From assembly GCA_963703955.1 (NCBI GenBank), contig CAVPGK010000023.1:32001-96000 (forward strand): a DNA stretch of 64,000 bases, in the 5' to 3' direction. Every line of letters begins with the position of its first letter. Within the stretch, counting starts at the first letter, position 1. Shown in pieces: positions 52,177 through 61,822 of the stretch. Under the pieces are notes generated by a model. That model saw only the letters and a list, made by a program, of their open reading frames with translations, was not told where the DNA came from and ran no database searches. A program made the position numbers and the translations under genes. The stretch is from Nitrospirota bacterium (GTDB taxonomy: Bacteria > Nitrospirota > Nitrospiria > Nitrospirales > Nitrospiraceae).

Positions 52177-52661
52177 GCCGAACCGTGTGATCTCTTGAAC
52201 GTTTCTCGACAGATGATGACTGAGATAGCCGACTCGTTCAGGGCTTGCTCCCTCATCTCATAAGGATGAAGAGCCGGAGTATACTCAACGGAAGAGAAGA
52301 CGGCTGTCAGTTTATCGGCGGGCGTGGCGTAGGCCTCGACACCCTTCCAAGGCGCCAGTCTCACCGGTTTGGCTCGATTTTTGCGCTCTCTGCCCTTATC
52401 AAGGAACATGTGACAGACACCCCATGTTGTGGCCTGAGCACCCTTTGACCGAACAAAAAGACAGTCTCTGCGTGTGACTGAGCGAGTCGACGAGTCGGCT
52501 CTGTCATAACTGATTCAGCAACCACGTGTTAACGAAACATCGTCACGTGCGCTCAACAGAAACCCCATGACAGCCCTAACATGCCTGTAATGACTAGGTC
52601 TTTTCAACTCAAGGACCAAGATGTCCATGACCTTGATATACCCTTCACCCCGACCATATGA

Positions 52662-54320
52662 ATGAACGGTTTGCACCACCGACAGCGGGAACGCTATGAT
52701 GCGCCCATGGCAACGTCACAGAATGGTCGTTCGGGTGGCATAAGCCTGCAGACCAAAGTCTCCGGTGTGATCCTCTTGATCGTGGTTGTCTCCGCCGCGT
52801 TCGGTGAGTACATCGATCGGCAATACGTGTCCGAAGTAGCCCGAGACAATTTTCACGAAGAGATGATGGCCGTGGTCCGGCAGATCGGCGCAGGGATTAC
52901 CACTCCGTTTGAGCTTCGCAACCAACCGATTCGGGAACAAGAGCTCTATCGATTGATGGCCAGCCGCCCGGATGTGATCGATGTTGCCATCTACGCCTTC
53001 CCTCCGGAACAGCCCGGTCCTCCCGCCCTGGTTGCCAGCGCAGGGAGTACAATGCTGCCCGCGTTTGAGCGCGCGCCATCGTTGGTGGAACGCGCCCTGG
53101 CGACCTCCACAGCCGTCAGCAACCCGCAGGCCGACCTGCATCGGCTTCAGACAGCGGCATCCATCTCGCTGGAAGGGAAAGTGGTGGGCGCCGCCTACGC
53201 GGAATTCACGACAGCTCAGTTCGATGAGGTGCTCGATTATCAGCGACGTCTCTCCATCACCCGGCGTCTGTTGACCGGCGGTGTCATCGTGCTGGCCATC
53301 AACCTTTTCCTGTATTGGTACGTGCATCGTCCGGTGCGGGCGCTGTTGAGCGCCGTCAAGGCTGTGACCCAGGGAACCATGACAGCCACGGTGCCGGTTC
53401 ACGGGCAGGATGAGATCGGCAAGCTCGCGGACCGTTTCAATGTGATGGTGGAACGCATCCGCACGACCACCAGTGAGAATAACGAGCTGTACGAAGAGTT
53501 ACAACGGGCGCACAGCAGCCTGCAGATCAAAGTGGACGAGGCGACCGCGGAGGTTCGGCAGAAGAATCGGGAGCTGGCCAGAACGAACGAGCTGCTCTCC
53601 AGCGCTCAGCGTGAGGCCGCGCGGGCGCAACGCCTTTCGGCGATCGGCCAGCTGGCGGCCACGGTGGCCCATAAGATCGGTACTCCTCTCACCGCGCTGT
53701 CGGGTCACGTCCAGTTGCTTCAAGAAGACCCGAACCTGACGACGGACGCCAGACGGCGGCTGCACACGGTGGAAGGACAGATCGAACAGACCTCCCGGAT
53801 CATTCAAGACTTGCTGGTTTACGCGCGGAAACCGGAGCCAGTCATGGCGCCCCTGGATCTTAACGCCTGTTTGGATGAATGTCTCGCGTTGCTAAGGCCG
53901 GAAATCGATCGGCTGAACGTCGGTCTAGCGACCGAACTCGACCCCGCCATGGGAAAGGTGGAAGCGGATCAGTCGCAGATTCAAGAGGTATTTTGTAATT
54001 TGATCGATAATTCCCTCGACGCCATGCCGCAGGGAGGTACGCTCACTGTCAGAAGTTATACGATGGCGGCGCCGACACCAGGGGGCAAGGCAGAACGATG
54101 CGTGGTTGAGATCGCCGACACCGGGCAGGGCATCGCACCTGAGACGATGGAGCAGATTTTCCAACCGTTCTTCACCACGAAACGGGCGGGACGCGGGACC
54201 GGCCTGGGGTTGGCGATTGCGCTCGAGACGATCCGCGCTCACGAAGGGTCCATAACCGTAGAAAGCGAGCCCGGCAAGGGCGCGCGGTTTGTCGTCCAGT
54301 TGCCGGCCTCCGGAGGATAG
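52662..54320 (+). CDS. Membrane sensor histidine kinase (HAMP-HisKA-HATPase)
   Basis: Two TM segments, DEIG.LA..FN.M, AHKIGTPL, NLIDNSLDAM, DTGQGI and PFFTTK..GTGLGL. The start may be 52707. Confidence 0.95.
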   Translation: MNGLHHRQRERYDAPMATSQNGRSGGISLQTKVSGVILLIVVVSAAFGEYIDRQYVSEVARDNFHEEMMAVVRQIGAGITTPFELRNQPIREQELYRLMASRPDVIDVAIYAFPPEQPGPPALVASAGSTMLPAFERAPSLVERALATSTAVSNPQADLHRLQTAASISLEGKVVGAAYAEFTTAQFDEVLDYQRRLSITRRLLTGGVIVLAINLFLYWYVHRPVRALLSAVKAVTQGTMTATVPVHGQDEIGKLADRFNVMVERIRTTTSENNELYEELQRAHSSLQIKVDEATAEVRQKNRELARTNELLSSAQREAARAQRLSAIGQLAATVAHKIGTPLTALSGHVQLLQEDPNLTTDARRRLHTVEGQIEQTSRIIQDLLVYARKPEPVMAPLDLNACLDECLALLRPEIDRLNVGLATELDPAMGKVEADQSQIQEVFCNLIDNSLDAMPQGGTLTVRSYTMAAPTPGGKAERCVVEIADTGQGIAPETMEQIFQPFFTTKRAGRGTGLGLAIALETIRAHEGSITVESEPGKGARFVVQLPASGG

Positions 54321-54322
54321 AA

Positions 54323-55675
54323 ATGCTGCAAGATTCACGCGTGCTGATCGTCGATGACGACAATGAAACCCTAGAGCTGCTCCGTGAGATCGTCAGCAAG
54401 GAAGGCTACCTGGTCGAATCGGCGGAAAACGCCCAGACCGCGCTCAACAAGGTCGCTCATGAGAAACCGGATGTGGTGATCACAGACCTTCATATGCCGG
54501 GGATGGACGGTCTGGCCTTGCTCGCCGAGCTCAAGATCCGCTCTCCAGAAACCCTGGTCATTTTGCTGACCGCCTATGGGTCGTTGAAGACCACGGTCGA
54601 CGGGATCAAGGCCGGGGCCTTTGATTACCTGAGCAAGCCGTTTATTGTGGATGAAATTCGGCTGGTGGTTCGGCGCGCGCTGGAGCACAAGCAGGTTCTG
54701 TCTGAAAACCAAGCCTTAAAGGAGCAGCTTCGTGACCGGTACCGCTTCGATAATATCGTAGGGAGCAGCGCCGCCATGGTCTCCGTCTACAAACTGATCG
54801 CTCGGGTGGCCCAGACGGACAGCACGGTGCTGCTTCAGGGTGAGAGCGGAACAGGAAAGGAATTGGTTGCCCGCGCCATCCACTCGAACAGCGACCGCAG
54901 TTCCGGCCCCTTCGTGACCGTCGACAGCGGCGCGTTGACCGAGACCCTGCTCGAATCCGAATTGTTCGGCCACGAGCGCGGCTCGTTCACCGGGGCGGTG
55001 GCGACCAAAAAGGGGCTGCTGGAAAAGGCCCACCTCGGCACATGCTTCTTTGATGAGATGGCGAACATCTCCCCGGCCCTTCAAAGCAAATTGCTTCGTG
55101 TTCTGCAGGAACGAGAGGTCAGGCGGGTCGGAGGAGGAGCTCCCATGACAGTGGATGTCCGAATGATTGCAGCCTCCAACAAGGACTTGAAACCCCTCGT
55201 GGATGCCGGAACATTTCGCGAGGACTTGTACTACAGACTGAACGTCGTGACGATCAATATTCCGCCGCTCCGGGAGCGACCTGAGGATATTCCGGTACTT
55301 GCCCAGTTCTTCGTACAAAAATATGGAGCCGCGAAAGAGAAACCAGTGACCGGCATCTCACCCGATGCTATGGGGTTGCTCACCAAATACCATTGGCCAG
55401 GCAACGTGCGCGAACTGGAGCACGTCATTGAACGCGCGATCGTTCTGACTCCCCATCCGGCGATCCTCCCTCACGATCTTCCCGAATCCATCCGGTCCGC
55501 CGCCCCCCAAGCGACCGCGCAGGGCAGCGGGTGGACGACGCTGGATTCCTTGGAACGCGACTATATCCTTCGAGTCCTCGATGCAAACCAACGAGACATC
55601 GGACGCGCCTCGGACATCTTGGGCATTCATCGAAAAACGCTTTTGCGCAAGCTCAGGCGGTACGGGGTGGCATAA
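54323..55675 (+). CDS. Sigma-54-dependent response regulator (NtrC/AtoC family)
   Basis: REC domain; GESGTGKE, ESELFGHERGSFTGA, FREDLYYRLNV and WPGNVREL; Fis-type HTH. Confidence 0.96.
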   Translation: MLQDSRVLIVDDDNETLELLREIVSKEGYLVESAENAQTALNKVAHEKPDVVITDLHMPGMDGLALLAELKIRSPETLVILLTAYGSLKTTVDGIKAGAFDYLSKPFIVDEIRLVVRRALEHKQVLSENQALKEQLRDRYRFDNIVGSSAAMVSVYKLIARVAQTDSTVLLQGESGTGKELVARAIHSNSDRSSGPFVTVDSGALTETLLESELFGHERGSFTGAVATKKGLLEKAHLGTCFFDEMANISPALQSKLLRVLQEREVRRVGGGAPMTVDVRMIAASNKDLKPLVDAGTFREDLYYRLNVVTINIPPLRERPEDIPVLAQFFVQKYGAAKEKPVTGISPDAMGLLTKYHWPGNVRELEHVIERAIVLTPHPAILPHDLPESIRSAAPQATAQGSGWTTLDSLERDYILRVLDANQRDIGRASDILGIHRKTLLRKLRRYGVA

Positions 55676-55920
55676 CCCCTCGTTTTGTCGTTGGGTCGCC
55701 GTTAGTCCATTGCTCCGCTAGTCTGGGTACACGGACAAACGGGCTGAATCCATGCACCGGCTTCCTATTCGCGGGACGGAATGTCTCGAAGCGGACATTT
55801 TGTTCTAAGCCAGAATTCGTATGTAGGGCTTGGGGATCGCCACGCGTTGCCATTGCGACGGTCGAGCGGCCTGGCCATGATGTCCCGCTCTTCGAAAGGA
55901 GTATCCCACATTCATTTTTG

Positions 55921-55989
55921 TATCTCATTGAGAATGCTCTAGCCTCGACTTGACACCCCTCCCATCTAGACACGGCCTGTGCTTTGCAC
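55921..55989 (+). promoter_or_regulatory. Sigma-54 -24/-12 promoter with an upstream IHF-like site
   Basis: ACGGCCTGTGCTTTGCA (GG 55974-75, GC 55986-87, 10-nt spacing). TATCTCATTGA starts 53 bp upstream of the GG. Confidence 0.7.
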
Positions 55990-56050
55990 TGCGTGGCGGT
56001 GGCTACAAGCAAGAACTGGTTATCTTTACGCGCGAAAAGGAGTCAGCTTG

Positions 56051-57150
56051 ATGAAAATCGCTCAGATTTCACCGCTTTGGGAGAGCGTTCCACCTAAACT
56101 TTACGGCGGAACCGAACGAATCGTCTCTTATTTGACTGAGGAACTCGTACGACTCGGACATGATGTCACCCTGTTTGCCAGCGGTGATTCGATCACATCG
56201 GCGCGACTGGTGGCAGCAAGTCCCGAAGCGCTTCGTCTCTGCACCGGTATTTTCAATCGGGATGCCCCGTTGGTCACCTTGATCGAAAAGGCCTTCGGCT
56301 CCTCGGACGAGTTTGATATTCTGCACTCACATCTGGATTTCATCGGTTTCCCTGTGGCGCGCCGATGCACCGCTCCCGTCATTACCACCTTGCACGGTCG
56401 TCTGGACCTGGCTCAGAACTCGAACCGGTTTTCCGCGAGTTCGCCGAAATGCCCCTGGTGTCGATTTCTAACGCTCAGCGGAAGCCGCTCCCGTTCGCCA
56501 ACTGGCAAGCCACCGTCCATCATGGACTCCCGCGGGACCTCTATGCATTTCACCCGGCGCCCGGCAAGTATTTGGCCTTTCTCGGGCGTATTTCCCCGGA
56601 GAAGCGCCCTGATCACGCTATCGAAATTGCCAAGCGGACCGGAATCCCTCTTCGGATCGCGGCGAAGGTAGACCCGGCTGACCGGAACTACTTCGAAGCC
56701 GAGATCGAACCACTCATGTCTCACCCCCTAGTGGAATTCGTCGGGGAGATCACCGATGAGGAAAAGAACGATTTTCTCGGCGAAGCCTACGCCATGGTAG
56801 CGCCTTACGATTGGCCGGAACCGTTCGGCCTCGTGCTGATTGAGGCGTTGGCTTGCGGAACTCCAGTCCTGGCATACCGGCGAGGATCGATCCCGGAAAT
56901 CCTCGACAATGGTCGCACGGGATTGGTCTGCGAAACTCTCGACGAGATGATCACGGCCGTTACCCAGATCCCGACCATCAAGCGAGCGGACTGCCGGCAA
57001 TCCTTTGAGGATCGGTTTAGCGTGGAGCGGATGGCTCTGGATTACATGAATGTCTATCGCCAACTTATTGGTGATCCCCACGAAGAAGCTAGAGTGTCTG
57101 AGTCCGAGAATGAATTGGCTGGCTCCAAGACGATCTTGGGCCGCTGGTAA
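56051..57150 (+). CDS. GT4 family glycosyltransferase; frameshift near 56412
   Basis: VPPKLYGGTER, HDVTLFASGDS, LGRISPEK and WPEPFGLVLIEALACGTPV. Confidence 0.92.
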
Positions 57151-57197
57151 CTGTCTTTACTCTTTCTTTCCTCTTGTTATGATCAAAGGAGTACAGG

Positions 57198-58499
57198 GTG
57201 GCTGACGAAAAGGATGGACAAGTGGACTCGGACGACACGTCCGGGTCGGCTCGAGATGGCTGGGCCTTACTCAAGTCACGGGATTTTGGGTTGCTGTGGT
57301 GGGGGCAGGTGACCTCTCAGGTCGGTGACGGGCTGAACAAAGTCGCACTTCTTTGGTTCGTCTACAATCTCACCGGCTCAGCACTAAAGATGACGGTGAT
57401 CGGGTTGCTCCAAACGCTTCCACCGCTGCTCCTCGGTCCGATCATCGGTGTCTTTCTGGACAGACTTCCGAAGAAGCCTGTCATGGTGTGGGTTGACCTA
57501 GCTCGCACCGTCTTAGTCTTACTGATCCCGCTCCTCCATGCATTTGACGCGTTGACGCTGGAGCGGTTATACGTTCTGGTGTTCTTGCTTGCCATCGTGT
57601 CGACGATCTTCGGTCCCGCGTTGGCTTCGTCGGTTCCTCTCATCGCGCCTCGCTCCCGACTCGTGTCAGCCAATGCTCTGATTCAGACGACGACAAATAT
57701 TGGCCTATTGGTGGGACCCGCGATCAGCGGTTTAGGGATTGCCATGATCGGAGCCCAAAACGTGCTGTACGTCAATGCGGTCACTTTCTTTGTTTCGGCC
57801 CTCTGCTTGATGCCGATTCGGGTCTCTCAACACGAGACGCCGCGGCCCGCCGTTCATGCGCCGTCGTCGCTGACCCATGAGATGTTGGAAGGATTTCGTT
57901 TCGTCTTCCTCCAGCACCGCACGGTGTTCGTGCTCATGATTGCGGCGACCTTGTACAGCTTGGCCGTCAGCGCCTTTGTGTTCATGTTGCCGGTCCTTGC
58001 CAAGGAATTGAGTATGGGACCGATTCAACTCGGCGGACTGTGGTCTGCTCTCGGAGTCGGCATGTTGACCGCATCGGCGTGGCTCGCCTGGCTCAAGCAG
58101 GGTGACCTTAATGACCGGCTCAAGATCATTTCCCGGTCGATGGCCGTAGGAGGGGTGTCCGTCTGCAGCCTCGGCCTGCTGGGCACGCCGCTGATGGCGA
58201 TAGCCCTGATCATCGTGATTGGGGGAAGCACCGCGCTGTTCACGCCTGTCGTCTGGGCCATCCTTCAGGAAATGACCCCAAGTCATCTGCTGGCTCGCGT
58301 GTTGACCACCTTCAGCACGAGCGGGATGTTCTCCGCCATGATCGGCATGACCGGTTTTGGATGGGCGGCCGACACCATCGGCCCGGCTGCCAGTCTGATT
58401 GGTATCGGGTTGGTTCTGCTTGCAACCGCCGTCGTGGCTGCGCAGTTCAGCCGGTGGTGTGGAAGGTCGGCAGTCCCAAGTGCCGTTCCCGCAGTTTGA
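57198..58499 (+). CDS. MFS transporter (MFS_3/DHA3-like)
   Basis: DFGLLWWGQVTSQVGD and motif A GVFLDRLPKK; ~12 TM. Confidence 0.92.
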   Translation: MADEKDGQVDSDDTSGSARDGWALLKSRDFGLLWWGQVTSQVGDGLNKVALLWFVYNLTGSALKMTVIGLLQTLPPLLLGPIIGVFLDRLPKKPVMVWVDLARTVLVLLIPLLHAFDALTLERLYVLVFLLAIVSTIFGPALASSVPLIAPRSRLVSANALIQTTTNIGLLVGPAISGLGIAMIGAQNVLYVNAVTFFVSALCLMPIRVSQHETPRPAVHAPSSLTHEMLEGFRFVFLQHRTVFVLMIAATLYSLAVSAFVFMLPVLAKELSMGPIQLGGLWSALGVGMLTASAWLAWLKQGDLNDRLKIISRSMAVGGVSVCSLGLLGTPLMAIALIIVIGGSTALFTPVVWAILQEMTPSHLLARVLTTFSTSGMFSAMIGMTGFGWAADTIGPAASLIGIGLVLLATAVVAAQFSRWCGRSAVPSAVPAV

Positions 58500-58617
58500 T
58501 CAGGAGCGATTGTTTCTCACAAACTCTTCTACTTGGCCGGCCTGAGGTGGGTACGGCCCGGTGACCGTCCCCTGACAGCACTCCCTCGGCATCGGCCGCG
58601 CACCAAGGAGGCGACAG

Positions 58618-59500
58618 ATGACGAGGGCTCCCTCGACGATATCTGGATGGGTCATACCGCTACTGTGCGTGATCTTGGCCACTGGAACCGTCTCCGGGTC
58701 TGAGGAGTCCGGTTCTAAGCCGCAGGAACCGAAGGCCCAAGCCCCCGCATCGACTCCTCCATCAGCCCCAAAGGCTCAGGACATAAAGCCTGCGGACTCT
58801 GGATCCAAACCAGCGGAATCGAAGAAAGAAGAACCGAAGGCGCAACCGCCGGTCCCGCCCCCACCTGCGGCTCAAAAAGCCCAAGAACCCAAGCCTGCAG
58901 AGTCCCCTCCGAAGACACCTGAACTGAAGAAAGACGAGCCAAAGGAGCCATCTCCTCAAATCACTACGCCTCCAAAGGCTCAAGAGCCGAAATCCGCGGA
59001 ATCTTCTGCTCCCTGCTCCACCTGCCCCCACCCCTGCTGCTCCGAAGCCGTCCATGCCCCCCATCCTCCCTATAAAACTGGCGCTGATGGCTGACCCACG
59101 ACTGTTCCCCTATGACATTCATGTAGAAATCAGCGGGGATGTCGCGGAATTGTCAGGAAAGGTCTCCAACGAGAGCGAGAAGGCCGCCGCCACGGAAATC
59201 GTCCAGGCGCTTGACGGAATCAAGTCCGTCACGAATAATATCGAAGTGGTGAAGGATCTCAATCGGACCTTGGCGAAGAAAAAAGATGAGATCATCACTC
59301 AGTACGTGAAAGATCGCTTCGGAAAGAGTAAAACGTTAGAAACCGCTCACTTCGATGTAAAATCAGAAGACGGCATCGTCTCGCTAGCCGGCAAGACCAA
59401 GTTTCTCGTGATTGTCTTGGAGGCGGTTGAGGCGGCCCGGAACGTTCCCGGAGTCAAGGCCGTGAAGACCGAGGGTGTTCACTTGGAGGGTACCGATTGA
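58618..59500 (+). CDS. Exported BON-domain (OsmY-like) protein with a Pro/Lys/Glu repeat linker; frameshift near 59011
   Basis: Signal peptide, repeats KAQEPK.AES / SGSKP, then two BON-like units (LSGKV...GIKSVTNNIEV; LAGK...VPGVKAV). Confidence 0.85.
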
Positions 59501-59537
59501 TGATGAACCTGGCTTCACACACAGGGCGTGACCGGCG

Positions 59538-60842
59538 TTGAGAACTCCCCTTGAGTCTGCTGAAGCCAACCTGGAATGGCCGGGAGCGCACTGTTTTACG
59601 GTTAGCGATCAGCGACTGTTGCTGAGTCGCGATTTCGGTTTCGTATGGTGGGGACAGCTGATCTCGCAGATCGGCGATGGAATCACGAAGCTCGCGCTTC
59701 TCTGGTTTGTCTATTCCGTTACCGGCTCGCCCCTGAAAACCACCGTCATCGGCATGCTCCAGACCATCCCGCCGATTGTATTCGGTCCGTTGATCGGGGT
59801 CTACCTCGACCGCTTACCTAAAAAACCCGTATTGATCGGCACCGACATCTTACGAGCGGTGTTGATCGGTCTGATCCCCTGTTGGGTCCCTGCCGATGCG
59901 TTTACGGTTGAGCGGCTGTATGCGCTTGTCTTTCTCCACGCCCTGGCCACGGCGGTATTCGGTCCTGGCTTGACAGCGTCGATTCCCCATCTGGTCAAAC
60001 GCTCGCAATTCACGGCGGCGAATGCGTGGCTTCAGAGCACCACGAGTCTGGGCGTCATCGTGGGTCCGGTCTTGAGCGGTTTCGGCATCGCAGCGCTCAG
60101 CTCGCAAGAGGTGCTGTGCATCAACGCGCTGACGTACCTGGTCTCAGCGGCATGTCTGGTGCCCGTTCATTTCGCTGCTGTGGCGCAGCCGGCGCGCGGC
60201 GACTCCACCGCTCCACGCTCGACGCTGCAAGATTTGATCGAAGGGTTCCGTTTCGCCAAGCAGCCGATGATCCTTCTGTTAATCGTGACCGCCGCTTTGT
60301 ACTCCTTCGGTACCAGCGCGTTTTCCACGCTCTTTCCGGTCTTCGGGAGAAAGATGCTGGATTTGGGACCGATCGAAGTCGGGTACCTGTGGTCGGCATT
60401 GGGGGTGGGTCTGCTTCTCATGTCGATGGGGCTCATTCGACTGACCGAATGGGATTTATGGAAGCGGATCCAGGTGATTGCCGTCTCCAGCGCCGTCAGC
60501 GGAGCAGCGTTGTTCGCGCTGGCAGGCGCGCCTGATCAGATCATTGCCACGTTCTGCATGATCGTGATCGGCGGGGGCCTGGGCGTCTTTACCCCGATCG
60601 CGTGGGGTGTCTTACAGGAAATCTCGCCGGACCACCTCGTTGCACGGATCCTGACCATTTATGGGACCGGAGCCATGTCGGCAGCGATCGCCGGTATGAC
60701 GATCTTCGGGTGGGTGACGCAGCAATTCGATGAACGCACCAGCGTCGTCGGCATCGGGGTAGTCCTGCTTGTCACAGCCATTGTGGCGATCGGGTTCAGC
60801 CGATGGACTCGGATCCCACGAACCGGGACACTCAGTCCATAG
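59538..60842 (+). CDS. MFS transporter, paralogue of 57198-58499
   Basis: DFGFVWWGQLISQIGD and GVYLDRLPKK. Confidence 0.92.
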   Translation: MRTPLESAEANLEWPGAHCFTVSDQRLLLSRDFGFVWWGQLISQIGDGITKLALLWFVYSVTGSPLKTTVIGMLQTIPPIVFGPLIGVYLDRLPKKPVLIGTDILRAVLIGLIPCWVPADAFTVERLYALVFLHALATAVFGPGLTASIPHLVKRSQFTAANAWLQSTTSLGVIVGPVLSGFGIAALSSQEVLCINALTYLVSAACLVPVHFAAVAQPARGDSTAPRSTLQDLIEGFRFAKQPMILLLIVTAALYSFGTSAFSTLFPVFGRKMLDLGPIEVGYLWSALGVGLLLMSMGLIRLTEWDLWKRIQVIAVSSAVSGAALFALAGAPDQIIATFCMIVIGGGLGVFTPIAWGVLQEISPDHLVARILTIYGTGAMSAAIAGMTIFGWVTQQFDERTSVVGIGVVLLVTAIVAIGFSRWTRIPRTGTLSP

Positions 60843-60963
60843 AGAAAAAGCTGTCCGCTTCCCAACTTCTTACCAACGTTCACTTTTCCTCATTGTCCGA
60901 CAAACAAAACGTTCCTGCGTTGGGACTTCTCATTCCAGCGTCCTGCCGTAAAGAAAATCCGGC

Positions 60964-61033
60964 TATCTCATTGAAGAAGAATCATTCATGCATTCCTGGT
61001 TGACTACCGCCATTCACGGCCCGTGTATTGCTT
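60964..61033 (+). promoter_or_regulatory. Sigma-54 -24/-12 promoter with an upstream IHF-like site
   Basis: ACGGCCCGTGTATTGCT (GG 61018-19, GC 61030-31). TATCTCATTGA starts 54 bp upstream of the GG. Confidence 0.72.
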
Positions 61034-61174
61034 TGTCCTTCCTTGAAAAGAGATTCCGTCAAGGAATCGACTTCACTGGCCGGAGAAAGAAAGCCCCGGC
61101 TCATCATCCGAACGGGCAACGAGAGAGCGATCGTGCGTTCACTCGCTGCACCAAATCTAAGAAGGAGGAAAGCA

Positions 61175-61399
61175 ATGAATCAGGATCAATTCAAAGGCCG
61201 CTGGAATCAGTTTAAAGGTGAGCTGAAGAAGAAATGGGGAGAATTGACAGACGATGATCTCCTCCAGATCGAGGGGAACTACGACAAGTTCATGGGCACG
61301 GTTCAGAAACGTTACGGCGATCGTAAAGAGGAAGTGAGTATGTGGGCAGACCAGTGGTTTCAGACCGATCAACCCGCCGGAACCCGAACGGGGGTCTGA
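61175..61399 (+). CDS. csbD: CsbD/YjbJ family stress protein
   Basis: MNQDQFKGRWNQFKGELKKKWGELTDDDL...GTVQKRYG; AAGGAGG RBS. Confidence 0.93.
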   Translation: MNQDQFKGRWNQFKGELKKKWGELTDDDLLQIEGNYDKFMGTVQKRYGDRKEEVSMWADQWFQTDQPAGTRTGV

Positions 61400-61484
61400 C
61401 AGGAACCGCATCGGGTGAAGGAGAAGTAGCGCGCGGCTGGCTTCTCATCAGCATTTCACCAGTGTTACTTGGAAGGAGCACTCC

Positions 61485-61760
61485 ATGAAAAGGACAATTC
61501 GTTTGATCGCAATGGCGGCCATGTTCACGTTCGGTGTCCCCGCTGTGTTTGCGGCTGACCAGGGCATGCAAGGGCAGAGTGAGAAAAGAAAACGGATAAG
61601 CAGCACCAAAAGACTCCCGGCACCGGGCCTATGGGAGAAGTAGAGAAAGGGGGGATCGGGACCAAGTGGTCCCCAGACCAATGCTCCTGGAAAGTCACCT
61701 GGATTCGAAGGAGCGGCTGATAAGAAGCCTGGTCAAAGCCCAACGAGCGGTGGACACTAG
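61485..61760 (+). CDS. Small secreted Gly/Pro-rich hydrophilic protein (probably frameshifted)
   Basis: AAGGAG RBS and signal peptide MKRTIRLIAMAAMFTFGVPAVFA. As read it stops after 52 aa, but other frames continue a low-complexity tail to TAG at 61760. Confidence 0.55.
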
Positions 61761-61778
61761 CCTGTCGATGGGAAAGGC

Positions 61779-61818
61779 CGCGGATCAAGTCAGCCGTTCT
61801 TCGCTGACTTGATCCGCG
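61779..61818. terminator. Perfect 16-bp stem-loop between convergent genes
   Basis: CGCGGATCAAGTCAGC-8 nt-GCTGACTTGATCCGCG. There is no U-tract, so terminator function is inferred from position only. Confidence 0.55.
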
Positions 61819-61822
61819 AAGC

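Noticed and set aside
52166..52230. Third sigma-54 promoter for the divergent glycosyltransferase operon (CGGCATGAATTCCGC plus TATCTCAGTCA)
   Set aside because: The -12 element is CCGC rather than TTGC, and it overlaps the likely start codon; too weak to call.
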